Shown in pieces: positions 10,496-20,256 of a stretch of 64,000 nucleotides of DNA; position 1 is the first letter of the stretch, and the number at the start of each line of letters is the position of its first letter. Made by a program: the position numbers and the translations under genes. This DNA comes from an uncultured Bacilli bacterium (GTDB lineage Bacteria > Bacillota_I > Bacilli_A > RF39 > UBA660). Location: assembly GCA_934096125.1 (NCBI GenBank), contig CAKOLB010000004.1, positions 55,117 through 119,116 of the forward strand, read 5' to 3'. The notes beneath the pieces are model-generated. The model did not search any database, was not told the origin of the DNA, and was given only the letters and a program-made list of their open reading frames with translations.

Positions 10496-10740
10496 GATTT
10501 TTTTGATAATGGAGTTAGGGTAAGGTTTTCTTTCATCAGTTTTGCCTACGATATAATCTATTGATGTGTCGTAAAATATAGCTAGTTCATAAAGCTAGTT
10601 GATTGGCATTAGTCTTTTGCCTATTTCACATTCACTAAATTGTTGCTGTTTAATTCCAAGGGCATTAGCTGCATCTTTTTGTTTTAAATCTTTGTCTTCT
10701 CTAATTCTTTAAGTCTATTGATATTCATATGGAGTTTATT
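10496..10740 (-). pseudogene. degraded XRE-family helix-turn-helix regulator
   Basis: Reverse-strand translation gives MNINRLKEL…KDLKQKDAANALGIKQQQFSECEIGKRLMPIN*LYELAIFYDTSIDYIVGKTDERKP. This is a Cro/CI-type HTH interrupted by an in-frame stop and a frameshift. Confidence 0.6.
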
Positions 10741-10889
10741 ATTCTAGACAAAGTATTGGGCACTGCCAGGCTATGATGCATCTGGAAATGATATTAGAAA
10801 AGAAATTATAAAATATAAAATTTGATTTAATCGATTTGGATACTGAAACAAAATCAAACCCAATTAGGATAAACTAAAAAGTTAGTAAA

Positions 10890-12515
10890 TTATTTAGTCT
10901 TTACTAACTTTTTCTTTGGAAGTTTATTAATTATTCTATCTCCTAGTAGTTTGTTTAATAAGTCTTTATTCATGCTATAGTATAAAACTAGTGATGAAAG
11001 ACCGATGACCGCAAGAATTGTAAATGTTATGATTTTGCTGTAAGAATGGTCAAAAATTAAGTTGCGAGCTATAGTGCATATGATAACTAAAATGATAATT
11101 GTAATAAATAATTTAGGAATAGATTTAAGAGTTTCTTTGTAGCTGAAATTATATTTGTGTTTGAGTGTATATAAAGGAATTAATAGTGATAAACAGTAGC
11201 CGATGGTAGTTGCTAAGATAGCTCCATAAAATGGATAAATACCAATTTTGTTGAATAATAAAATTAAAGGAATATCAAGAATGGTTTTAGTGATAAGACC
11301 AATACCTACCGATGTATATATGAGTTTTGTTTTATTTAAACCTTGAAGAGCACTACATATCATTATGTAAGCAGAGTCTAAAATGGCTAGTAAAATGGTA
11401 TATTTAAATATTAGAGGTCCATAAAAACTTTGACCATAGAAACAAGTCCATATTTCTTTGGAAAAGATACTTAAGAAAATTGATAGGGGAAGTATTGCAT
11501 AAAGTAATACTTGAAGTGTTTTGTTAAATTGTAAGTTTACTTCTTTCATATCTTTTTTAGTAAAAGCTTCCACAATTGAGGGAATAAGACTGATGACTAG
11601 GCCTGTTGCAATGGCTGTAACAACACTTACAAGTTTTGCACCCCAGGTGGTAAAGATACTACTGATGGTTTCGATATCTTCGGCAGGATAACCAATCCAG
11701 TTTAAACCTTTGATAACTAAAATCATATCAACAGAATTATAAATACTGTTAGCAACATTGATAACGATGAAAGGAATGCAGTAGCCGATTAATTTTTTTA
11801 AGATAGATTTCTTTTCTTCTTGAGAGACTTCTTCGTACTTTGTAAATAAGTCTTTTTTGATGGCCCTAGTTTTTATAAGTAAGTACATATAAGAGATAAT
11901 GGCTCCGATGAATGCTCCAGAAACGGCGATACCTACGGCTTTAGCAACATTTAAATGAAATACTTTAAGAGCTAGAAAAGAACCAATGATGATTATTAGA
12001 ACTCTGGTAAATTGTTCGATAACTTGGCCAATTGATGGAGCGGCGATGTACCGGTGTCCTTGAAGATATCCTCTTAAAATACTTAGAAGAGGAACAACTA
12101 ATATGGCAAAAGATACACACCTAAGAACGTATGTTACATCGGCAACAGAATTTCCGCCTTGTAAATCACCAACGATAACCTGAGCTATTAATGGAGCACC
12201 GAAAAAACAAATACAAAAAGAGACAATAGAAAATATCTGAATGATTTTACTAGCATACTTAAACATATATGTTTTTTCTTTTTGTTTTCCTAAAGTGTTG
12301 TATTCACTTGTTATCTTACTAATGGCAAGAGGTATGCCGGCGGAAGAAATTATAAGAAAGAAATTATATATATTGTAAGCATAACCATATAAAGACCCAC
12401 CGTTTTCACCAATTATATTATAGAAAGGAATAACGTATACTACTCCTAAAATTTTGGATACGATAATAGCAATTGTGGCAATTAAAGCGCCTTCCATAAA
12501 TTCATTTTTTTTCAA
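10890..12515 (-). CDS. MOP-superfamily flippase (SpoVB/YtgP/MurJ-like polysaccharide biosynthesis protein)
   Basis: 541 aa with about 14 predicted TM segments. N-terminal region is typical of SpoVB-family proteins (…SKILGVVYVIPFYNIIGENGG…). Confidence 0.6.
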   Translation of the reverse strand: MKKNEFMEGALIATIAIIVSKILGVVYVIPFYNIIGENGGSLYGYAYNIYNFFLIISSAGIPLAISKITSEYNTLGKQKEKTYMFKYASKIIQIFSIVSFCICFFGAPLIAQVIVGDLQGGNSVADVTYVLRCVSFAILVVPLLSILRGYLQGHRYIAAPSIGQVIEQFTRVLIIIIGSFLALKVFHLNVAKAVGIAVSGAFIGAIISYMYLLIKTRAIKKDLFTKYEEVSQEEKKSILKKLIGYCIPFIVINVANSIYNSVDMILVIKGLNWIGYPAEDIETISSIFTTWGAKLVSVVTAIATGLVISLIPSIVEAFTKKDMKEVNLQFNKTLQVLLYAILPLSIFLSIFSKEIWTCFYGQSFYGPLIFKYTILLAILDSAYIMICSALQGLNKTKLIYTSVGIGLITKTILDIPLILLFNKIGIYPFYGAILATTIGYCLSLLIPLYTLKHKYNFSYKETLKSIPKLFITIIILVIICTIARNLIFDHSYSKIITFTILAVIGLSSLVLYYSMNKDLLNKLLGDRIINKLPKKKLVKTK

Positions 12516-12690
12516 GTTATCATCTCCGTCTTCCTAATTATAATAGAAAATTTAGGGTGAGGCAAATAAATTTAAGGGAAAATGTCAAGTAGGGGTAAAA
12601 GTTATGAGGTGTTATGAAAGTGTCAAGTTCTTTTTTTATTATTTTAATAATCTAAAAAGTCGTGTTATAATTATGGTGGAGGATTGTCTT

Positions 12691-13392
12691 ATGAAGTTTA
12701 TTGAATTAAAAAATGTTAATAAAACTTATAAAAATGGGATAACAGCGATTGCGGATTTGTCGGTGGGAATTACCAAAGGTGAATTTGTCTTTGTAATAGG
12801 TCTTACCGCCAGTGGAAAATCGACGTTTATTAAAATGTTATATAGAGAAGAAAAACCAACTAGTGGAACTGTTTATGTTGGTGGTTTAAATGTGGGGAAA
12901 CTTAGAAATGGTAAGGTTTACAAACTTAGAAGAAAACTAGGAATTGTTTTTCAAGATTTTAAACTTTTGCCAAAGCTTACGGTTTATGAAAACGTTGCTT
13001 TTGCTCTTGAATGTATTGGTCTTAAGTCTAGTGAGATTAGACCAAAGGTTTTAAATGCCTTGGAAAGAGTAGGCTTAAAAGAAAAGGTAAGGGCATTTCC
13101 AGGGGAACTATCTGGTGGAGAACAGCAAAGAGTGTGTATTGCTAGGGCAATTGTAAATGAGCCAAAACTACTTATTTGTGATGAACCTACAGGTAATTTA
13201 GATCCTAAAACTAGTAAAGAAATTATGAAAGTAATTGAAAACATTAATAAAGATTTAGGGACAACTATAGTTATGGCTACTCATGATAAAGAAATAGTGG
13301 ACCGAATGAAGAAAAGAGTTCTTTTGATAGACCATGGGGTTTTAGCAGGAGACTATGCGAAAGGAAGTTATAAGACAAATGAGGGTGTGTAG
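12691..13392 (+). CDS. ftsE: cell-division ABC transporter ATP-binding protein FtsE
   Basis: Walker A GLTASGKST, signature LSGGEQQRV, Walker B LLICDEPT. Followed by ftsX. Confidence 0.9.
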   Translation: MKFIELKNVNKTYKNGITAIADLSVGITKGEFVFVIGLTASGKSTFIKMLYREEKPTSGTVYVGGLNVGKLRNGKVYKLRRKLGIVFQDFKLLPKLTVYENVAFALECIGLKSSEIRPKVLNALERVGLKEKVRAFPGELSGGEQQRVCIARAIVNEPKLLICDEPTGNLDPKTSKEIMKVIENINKDLGTTIVMATHDKEIVDRMKKRVLLIDHGVLAGDYAKGSYKTNEGV

Positions 13393-14272
13393 AATATTTA
13401 TAAGAAGTGTTAGAGATGCTTTTAAAAGTGTAGTTAGAAATTTCTCTTTAAGTTTTGCTTCAATCATGTGTACAACAATAACTCTTATTTTAGTATCTGT
13501 AGCTTTGATATGTGCTTTAAATGTGGATAATGCAACTAAGATGGTCGAAAATGAATTAACTGTTGTAGTATATTTGAAAAAAGATGTAACTGATGATGTG
13601 GTTAGTAATATTAAGGCAGATTTGAAAAATCAAGGGAATATAAGTGAGATGACTTATAAAAGTAAAGATGAGTGGAAAAGTGAAATGAGTGAATATGATG
13701 ATGCTTTTAAAACTGTCCTTGATTACTTAGATGAAAATCCTTTGCTTGATTCTTTTGTTATTAAAGTAAAAGATGTGAAGAAGTTAAAGGAAACTAGTGA
13801 GTATATTAAAACTTTAGATGGTGTAGATACTGTCAAATATGGTGAGGGAATGGTTGAAACTGTTATCTCGGTATTTGATATAGTTCAAAAGGTAGTTATT
13901 GTGGTGGTAATAGCTTTAGTGCTTGTTACAGGTTTTCTAATTAGTAATACTATTAAACTTACAATATTTAGCCGAAGAAATGAAATAGAAATAATGAGAC
14001 TCGTTGGTGCTAGCAATATGGCGATTAAATTACCATTTTTATTCGAAGGCTTTATGATTGGTTTAATTGGTTCAATAATTCCAGTGTGTGTAACAATTTA
14101 TGGATATGTAATTTTGTATACGCGATTACATGGTAGATTATTTTCTAATATGCTTATGCTTATTAAACCTTATAATTTTGTATTTTATGTCTCTTTAATA
14201 CTAGTTTTAATTGGAGCTTTAGTAGGTATGTATGGTAGTGTTAAAGCCGTTAGGAAGTATTTGAAGATATGA
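13379..14272 (+). CDS. ftsX: cell-division permease-like protein FtsX
   Basis: 4-TM FtsX architecture with a large extracytoplasmic loop. Overlaps the ftsE 3' end. Confidence 0.85.
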   Translation: MRVCRIFIRSVRDAFKSVVRNFSLSFASIMCTTITLILVSVALICALNVDNATKMVENELTVVVYLKKDVTDDVVSNIKADLKNQGNISEMTYKSKDEWKSEMSEYDDAFKTVLDYLDENPLLDSFVIKVKDVKKLKETSEYIKTLDGVDTVKYGEGMVETVISVFDIVQKVVIVVVIALVLVTGFLISNTIKLTIFSRRNEIEIMRLVGASNMAIKLPFLFEGFMIGLIGSIIPVCVTIYGYVILYTRLHGRLFSNMLMLIKPYNFVFYVSLILVLIGALVGMYGSVKAVRKYLKI

Positions 14273-15480
14273 TGAAGATGGTAAATTATTTTGTGCGTTA
14301 TATTCTAGCTATATGTATGATTTGTGCTTCTTTTATGGTAAATATTAAAAGTGCAAGTGCAAAAAGTGAAGCGACTACTTTGGCAGAACTTCGGCAAGAG
14401 CTTAAGAATTTACAAGCAAAAAAACAAAGTACACAAAATCAGAAGAACATGACGGAAAAAGAAAAGAGACAAAGAAATAATGATATTATGAATGCCAATC
14501 AGGAGATTCAAAATTCGGAGAATAAGATTGCTGAGGCTAAGGCTGATATCGAAGCAACACAAGTAAAGATTGCTGAGCTTGACAAACAGACTAAGGATCT
14601 TATGGAGTCCTATCAAGTGATGCTGGGTGATAATTCTTATCTAGAGTTTGTGACAGATTCTTCGTCGATGACTGAGCTTATCATGAGAATAGATGCTGTG
14701 CGGCAAGTAACTAATTACAATAAAGATAAACTAGCAGAGATGGAAGAACTTATTAAGACTAATGAGCAAAAACAAGTAGATTTAAAAAATTATGAAGTAG
14801 AACTTAATAATAATATTGATTCTTATCAAAAACAAATTGAAAGTTTAGACTCTAGTTTGCTTGCTCTTTCTGATATTTCAATTGGTATCGATGAAGAAAT
14901 TGATATTGTACAAACAAATATAAAAAATTATGTAGCAATGGGATGTGGAGAAAATCAAAAATTTACGGAATGTGCTTCATATTCTTATAATAGTACTTGG
15001 TTAAAGCCTGTTACCAAGGGGACTGTGACTAGTTTATTTGGCTGGCGAAAGTTAAACGGAGCTAGTAGCAACCATAGTGGTATTGATATTGGAACGCCGG
15101 AAGGAACAAGTGTTTATTCGGCCACAAATGGGAAAGTTGTCTATATTATAAGAGGCTCTAGTTGTGGGGGAAATCAAGTTTATATTGAGTCTAAAGTAGA
15201 TGGTGTTACTTATACGATGCTTTATGCACACATGTTATCAATTAATGTTAGCCTTCATCAAGATGTAAGTAATCAAACAGTTATAGGTAAATCTGGAGGT
15301 CAAAGTACGGCGAAAAAGTATGGTGGCTATGATAGATGTACTTTTGGAGCGCATCTTCACTATAGTGTTTCAAAGAGTAACTGGACTACTTGGTCACACT
15401 TCTATTCTAATTTAATTAATCCGCCGGGATTTCCAGGAAAAGGTGCTTCGTTTTATTCGCGGACACAATGGTTTAGATAA
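14269..15480 (+). CDS. coiled-coil M23 peptidase (EnvC/PcsB-like, probable FtsEX-regulated murein hydrolase)
   Basis: Signal peptide, about 180 aa of coiled coil, and a C-terminal M23 domain with HSGIDIG…HLHY metal ligands. Translationally coupled to ftsX. Confidence 0.75.
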   Translation: MMKMVNYFVRYILAICMICASFMVNIKSASAKSEATTLAELRQELKNLQAKKQSTQNQKNMTEKEKRQRNNDIMNANQEIQNSENKIAEAKADIEATQVKIAELDKQTKDLMESYQVMLGDNSYLEFVTDSSSMTELIMRIDAVRQVTNYNKDKLAEMEELIKTNEQKQVDLKNYEVELNNNIDSYQKQIESLDSSLLALSDISIGIDEEIDIVQTNIKNYVAMGCGENQKFTECASYSYNSTWLKPVTKGTVTSLFGWRKLNGASSNHSGIDIGTPEGTSVYSATNGKVVYIIRGSSCGGNQVYIESKVDGVTYTMLYAHMLSINVSLHQDVSNQTVIGKSGGQSTAKKYGGYDRCTFGAHLHYSVSKSNWTTWSHFYSNLINPPGFPGKGASFYSRTQWFR

Positions 15481-15482
15481 TT

Positions 15483-15983
15483 ATGGAAGTTAAAAGAGTT
15501 GTAGTAGGTGACCTGCAAGAAAACTGTTATATTGTAAGTGATGGTAAGTATTCTTTAATTATTGACCCAGGAAGTGAAGCGGATAAAATATTAGAAGCTG
15601 CTAAAGACTTAAATGTTGTGGAAGTTCTTGTTACTCATCATCACTTTGACCATGTTGGAGCTTTAAAGCCAATTTTAAATCATTATAATTTAGAAGAAAA
15701 TAAAAGAAGTGGAAAATTTAATTATGAGATAATTTTAGTGCCCGGGCATACTTTGGATAGTAAATGTATTTATTTTCCTGATGATAAAATTATGTTTACA
15801 GGCGATTTTATCTTCTATAACGCAATTGGAAGAACTGATTTGGGTGGAAGTGATACTCTTATGAAGCAAAGTCTTGAAAGTATGATGGCTTATCCAGATG
15901 ATCTTATCCTGTATCCGGGGCATGGTTCGTCCACAACTTTAGGACGAGAAAAACAAAATTTTAAATATTATTATGATAATTAA
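15483..15983 (+). CDS. MBL-fold metallo-hydrolase
   Basis: Metal-binding motif HHHFDHVG, 166 aa. Confidence 0.7.
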   Translation: MEVKRVVVGDLQENCYIVSDGKYSLIIDPGSEADKILEAAKDLNVVEVLVTHHHFDHVGALKPILNHYNLEENKRSGKFNYEIILVPGHTLDSKCIYFPDDKIMFTGDFIFYNAIGRTDLGGSDTLMKQSLESMMAYPDDLILYPGHGSSTTLGREKQNFKYYYDN

Positions 15984-15984
15984 A

Positions 15985-16016
15985 ACTACTTATTTGCGTA
16001 ATAAGTAGTTTTTTTA
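15985..16016. terminator. rho-independent terminator (bidirectional, between MBL gene and gerQ)
   Basis: Inverted repeat ACTACTTATTtgcgtAATAAGTAGT followed by a T-run. Confidence 0.6.
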
Positions 16017-16084
16017 GTGGGAAAATGTGATGGTAAGTGTTTAGGACAAGAAAAAACTGATAAGAAATCTACTTATCAATTTTT

Positions 16085-16453
16085 TTAATATGTTTTTTCT
16101 GAGTAACTATGAGAATAAATAATTGGTTCCATAAATTCAACATAATTTAAGTAAATAATTCGGATTAAGTACCATAAGTTATTGGTGTTGTCTCGGATTA
16201 TTAAGTGGTCTTTGCCTGCTTCTTCAATAATTCCCTCATATACTTTATTTTGCCAAGCACTACTGTCGGGATAAGAGACATAAGCTTTGATTTTTCTTCC
16301 TTTGTTAAGTCTTAATATATTTTCAATATAACTTGCTTCCATCACTGGTGTTTTTTCTACTTCAATTGAAGACATGTTTCCAGGTGGAGTAGGAAAGTTT
16401 TGCGATGGAAATGTTGGATTTTGGTAGTAGTTACCATTCATAAAATTTATCAC
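16085..16453 (-). CDS. gerQ: spore coat protein GerQ-like
   Basis: Q/P-rich N-terminus, then a core (…YIENILRLNKGRKIKAYVSYPDSS…YEGIIEEAGKDHLIIRD…) resembling the GerQ (YwdL) family. Confidence 0.5.
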   Translation of the reverse strand: MINFMNGNYYQNPTFPSQNFPTPPGNMSSIEVEKTPVMEASYIENILRLNKGRKIKAYVSYPDSSAWQNKVYEGIIEEAGKDHLIIRDNTNNLWYLIRIIYLNYVEFMEPIIYSHSYSEKTY

Positions 16454-16529
16454 CTCTAAAAAAGTATATGTTTCTCTTTTCTTTTTTTGCTTATTTATGT
16501 TAAACTTATTATAAAAGTAGGTAGTAGTT

Positions 16530-17405
16530 ATGGATAATCTGAGTATAAAAGAAATAGTTATTAATGGATTGTGTTTTGTTTTCGGTGTATTTTTATATGC
16601 TTTAACCTTTAATTTGTTTTTAACTCCTAATAATTTGGTGGTATCAGGTTTTAGTGGTGTTGCAATTGTCGTGCAACAGTGGTTTGGAGTTACTCCATCA
16701 ATATTTATCTATGTTATGAATCTTTTGATGCTTGTAGTTGGTTTAATAGTTCTTGGATGGAGCGCTACAAAAAGAAATTTAGCGGGTTCATTATTATATC
16801 CATATATGATTATTGCATCGATGCCTATTGCTAAGTTTTTGAGTAAATATTTAATAAGTGATGATTTTTATTTAGTACTACTTTTTTCAACTATATTTTA
16901 TGGCGTTAGTAGTGGTCTTATTTATCGAAGTGGTTTTTCAACTGGTGGATCTGATATTATTATGCAGATAATTCATAAAAAGGTGCGAATTAGTGAGTCA
17001 AAGGCAATGATTGCAGCAAATACGATAATTATTATTTTGGGAATGTTTACCTTTGGCCTAAATCATGGTATTTATTCTTTTATAATTTTAGCAGGATCAA
17101 CTTATTTTGTTGATAAAATACTTTTTGGAGTATCAAATAGTAAACTTTTCTTTATTACGACGAAACATCCACATAAAATGAGAAAACTGATAATCGATGA
17201 GTTTGAAACAGGGCTTACTATTATTCCAACAAAGGGTGGATATACGAAGCAATCCGGGTTTTTAATTATGTGCGTTATAGCTAATACACAGTATTATTTA
17301 TTTAAAGAAAGAGTACTGGAGGTAGACCCGAATGCTTTTATAGTTATTGATAAGTGTTATGAAGTAAATGGAGGAGTTAAAAGAAGTAGTATTCCTTTTC
17401 TTTGA
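16530..17405 (+). CDS. YitT-family membrane protein (DUF161/DUF2179)
   Basis: 5-6 TM segments plus a C-terminal soluble DUF2179-like domain. 291 aa. Confidence 0.65.
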   Translation: MDNLSIKEIVINGLCFVFGVFLYALTFNLFLTPNNLVVSGFSGVAIVVQQWFGVTPSIFIYVMNLLMLVVGLIVLGWSATKRNLAGSLLYPYMIIASMPIAKFLSKYLISDDFYLVLLFSTIFYGVSSGLIYRSGFSTGGSDIIMQIIHKKVRISESKAMIAANTIIIILGMFTFGLNHGIYSFIILAGSTYFVDKILFGVSNSKLFFITTKHPHKMRKLIIDEFETGLTIIPTKGGYTKQSGFLIMCVIANTQYYLFKERVLEVDPNAFIVIDKCYEVNGGVKRSSIPFL

Positions 17406-17438
17406 TTTATGTGTTAAACTTACAAATGAGTGATAGAT

Positions 17439-18392
17439 ATGAAAAAAATTGTAATTTTTGGAGGAGGAAGTGGACTTTCTCAACTATTAAAGGGGATAAA
17501 GTTATTTCCTTTAGAAGTAACTGCAGTAGTTTCTGTTGCCGATAATGGTGGTAGTACAGGACTTTTACGAAGAGAACTTAATATTCCAGCGGTGGGAGAT
17601 ATTACAAAAGTAATGCTTAGTATGTCGGAAGCTAGCTCGGATGTTATCGATTTAATGAATTACCGGTTTACCAAACCAAAGTCTTTAAAGGTTCATTCAG
17701 TTAAAAATCTTTTATTGATGGCTCTTTTAGATATCAAGGGTGATTTTGCATCAGCTATGCCAATTATGGAAGACTTATTAGATGTTAAGGGAAAGATACT
17801 TCCTTTAACGGAGGATAATGTTAATTTAGTGGGTATTACTGCAAGTGGTAAAAAAATAGTAGGAGAAGAGCAGCTGACAAAGTGTGCAAGTAAAATTGTT
17901 AAAGTAGAATATGATAAAAAAATAACAGTTAATCCTAAAGTCTTAAAAGCTGTTGCAAATGCCGATTTAATTATCTTTTCTTCTGGTAGTTTGCTTACTA
18001 GTATTGTTCCACATCTAATTGATAAAACTTTAGTGGATGCGATTAATAATGCTAAAGCAGATGTGATGTATATATGTAATTTGTTTACTCAGCCAGGGGA
18101 AACTGATAATTTTACAGTTAAAGACCATATTGATTATTTAGAGAAATATTTGGGAAAAAATGCGATAGATGTTGTAATTGCTAATAATGTTGTTATGAGT
18201 AATAAGTTAGTGGCTAAGTATGCTACTGAAGAACAAAAAGATCAAATTGTATATAAAAATGAGCTTGACGATCGTGGTGTGTATGTTATTGCTGATAAAA
18301 TGTATACGATTGAAGATGGATTTTATCGGCATGATGCACTTAAAACTGGTTATTTAATCTTTTCTTATTTGATGGATGGGCGAAAAAAATGA
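17439..18392 (+). CDS. yvcK: gluconeogenesis factor / UDP-sugar-binding protein YvcK (CofD-like)
   Basis: IVIFGGGSGLS N-terminus. Followed by whiA, as in the yvcK-whiA locus. Confidence 0.8.
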   Translation: MKKIVIFGGGSGLSQLLKGIKLFPLEVTAVVSVADNGGSTGLLRRELNIPAVGDITKVMLSMSEASSDVIDLMNYRFTKPKSLKVHSVKNLLLMALLDIKGDFASAMPIMEDLLDVKGKILPLTEDNVNLVGITASGKKIVGEEQLTKCASKIVKVEYDKKITVNPKVLKAVANADLIIFSSGSLLTSIVPHLIDKTLVDAINNAKADVMYICNLFTQPGETDNFTVKDHIDYLEKYLGKNAIDVVIANNVVMSNKLVAKYATEEQKDQIVYKNELDDRGVYVIADKMYTIEDGFYRHDALKTGYLIFSYLMDGRKK

Positions 18393-19303
18393 CTTTTACA
18401 ACGATGCTTAAAGAAGAAATTTCTAAAGAAGAGATAAACCTCATTAATATAAGATATGAGCTTTTGGCATTTTTAACTATTGCTGGAAAAATAAATACTG
18501 AGGAGTTACTTCTTACTTTGGAAAATGCAAGTATTGCTAGACGTATATATAAAGAACTAAAAATAATATATGGGGTAAATCCAAAAATAACTATTAGAAT
18601 GCAGAAAAGATTTAAAGTTAAACAAATATATATATTAAGTGTTAAAAATAATTTAGAGGTTATACAAGAAGATATAAATAAATTTAAGTTAGAAGATTTG
18701 GTTAGTGATGAAGAGAAGAAAGACTATTTGCTGGGAAGTTTTTTAGCTAGTGGTAATATTTCTAATCCGAGTACTAGTGGTTATCATTTGGAGTTTGTAC
18801 TAGCCTTAGAAAGTAAAGCTTTAGAGATTTTGGAAGTGTTAAATTATTTTAACTTAAAAGCGAAGATGATAAAAAGAGGATATAAATATATAACTTATAT
18901 TAAAGCTAGTGAGTGTATTAGTGATTTAATAAAGATGTTTAAAGCAACTAGTTCTTTGTTTTATTTTGAAGATATAAGAATATATAAAGATCATAAAAAT
19001 ATGGTTAATAGACTTAATAATTGTGAGATTGCTAATCAAGAGAAGAGTTTTAAATCGGGGATGGAACAAGTTAAAAATATAGAATACTTAAAAGAGCATG
19101 ATATGTTTGATTTGTTAGATGAGAAAACTAAGATTGTGGCAGAGATGAGAGTGATGTATCCAGAGTATTCGATGCAAGAGATTGCTGATTTAATAAGTAG
19201 TGAAAACAATTATAAAATAGGAAAGTCGGGTGTAAATCATCATTTTATTAAGATAAAAAATTTAGTGCAAAAAGAGATGGAGAGATGTAGGGATGAAAGT
19301 TAG
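18389..19303 (+). CDS. whiA: DNA-binding sporulation/cell-division regulator WhiA
   Basis: 304 aa with LAGLIDADG-like repeats and a C-terminal HTH. Syntenic with yvcK. Confidence 0.75.
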   Translation: MTFTTMLKEEISKEEINLINIRYELLAFLTIAGKINTEELLLTLENASIARRIYKELKIIYGVNPKITIRMQKRFKVKQIYILSVKNNLEVIQEDINKFKLEDLVSDEEKKDYLLGSFLASGNISNPSTSGYHLEFVLALESKALEILEVLNYFNLKAKMIKRGYKYITYIKASECISDLIKMFKATSSLFYFEDIRIYKDHKNMVNRLNNCEIANQEKSFKSGMEQVKNIEYLKEHDMFDLLDEKTKIVAEMRVMYPEYSMQEIADLISSENNYKIGKSGVNHHFIKIKNLVQKEMERCRDES

Positions 19304-19790
19304 GTTAGCTTCAGAATTACAAAAGGATAGTATAATTGATGGTAAAGGAATAAGGACAGTTATTTGGTTTCAAGGATGCTCACATAAGTGCTTAGGGTGC
19401 CAAAATCCAGGGACGCATAGTTTTGATGGTGGTTTTGTTTGTGATACTAAAGATATATTTGTGCAAATAGATGAACTTTCTTATCAAAGTGGTATTACTT
19501 TATCTGGGGGAGACCCATTTTATCAAGCTGATGCGGCGCGTGAAATTGCTCATTATGCCCATCAAAAAGGTTTAAATGTGTGGGCATATACAGGCTTTGT
19601 TTTTGAAGATATTTTAAAAAGTGAAAATAGCATGAAAAAGCTTTTGGAAGAAATTGATGTTTTAGTGGATGGCCCTTTTATTATAGAGAAGAAAAGTTTT
19701 GGATGTAAGTTTCGCGGAAGTACTAATCAAAGAATTATAGATGTTGCTAAGTCTTTAGAAAGTGGTAAGGTGTGCTTGTATGAAGTTTGA
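19293..19790 (+). CDS. anaerobic ribonucleotide reductase activating protein-like radical SAM protein (NrdG small family)
   Basis: Cys cluster GCSHKCLGCQN near the N-terminus (NrdG-type CxxxCxxC variant). 165 aa. Confidence 0.55.
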   Translation: MKVRLASELQKDSIIDGKGIRTVIWFQGCSHKCLGCQNPGTHSFDGGFVCDTKDIFVQIDELSYQSGITLSGGDPFYQADAAREIAHYAHQKGLNVWAYTGFVFEDILKSENSMKKLLEEIDVLVDGPFIIEKKSFGCKFRGSTNQRIIDVAKSLESGKVCLYEV

Positions 19791-20256
19791 TAGTAAATTA
19801 AATTATACGGTTTTAACTAATAAAGCAAATAAGACATTTTTAGAAAAATTTTCGGGTATAAGTGTGATAAATGAAAAGCTCTCTTTTGATGAGTTAAAAA
19901 AAAGCTTAGAGTTTTTTCCAAGTAAGCAAGTGGTGTTTGTAGAAACATTTTCTTATTTGCAAAAAACAGAAAGAGAGGCAGTAATTAAAATGTTGGAGCT
20001 AGAAAATGTAAAGTTTATTAATGTGACAAGTGATGTGGAAGAGGCTTTATATAGTGATTATGTTTATGTATTTGATGAAGATAATATGGTTTTAGAAGGA
20101 AAGACTTTCGAAGTACTTGAAAATGAAAAAATGTTAAAACAATTAGGATATGGGTTGCCATTTGTTACAGATTTATCAAGACAACTTATGATTTATGATC
20201 TTTTAGACTATCCATTTTATGATGTGAAAGATTTAGTGGAGGAATTATGGAGTTAA
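19780..20256 (+). CDS. hypothetical protein resembling the C-terminal region of an ABC ATPase (no Walker A)
   Basis: …SDYVYVFDEDNMVLEGKTFEVLENEKMLKQLG resembles the ABC ATPase C-terminal region (ADRVIVMxxGxIVxxGxPxEVF). No P-loop is present. Confidence 0.35.
   Translation: MKFDSKLNYTVLTNKANKTFLEKFSGISVINEKLSFDELKKSLEFFPSKQVVFVETFSYLQKTEREAVIKMLELENVKFINVTSDVEEALYSDYVYVFDEDNMVLEGKTFEVLENEKMLKQLGYGLPFVTDLSRQLMIYDLLDYPFYDVKDLVEELWS

Noticed and set aside
12984-13244. 86-aa minus-strand ORF antisense to ftsE
   Set aside because: Antisense to a well-supported ABC ATPase gene. No independent signals.
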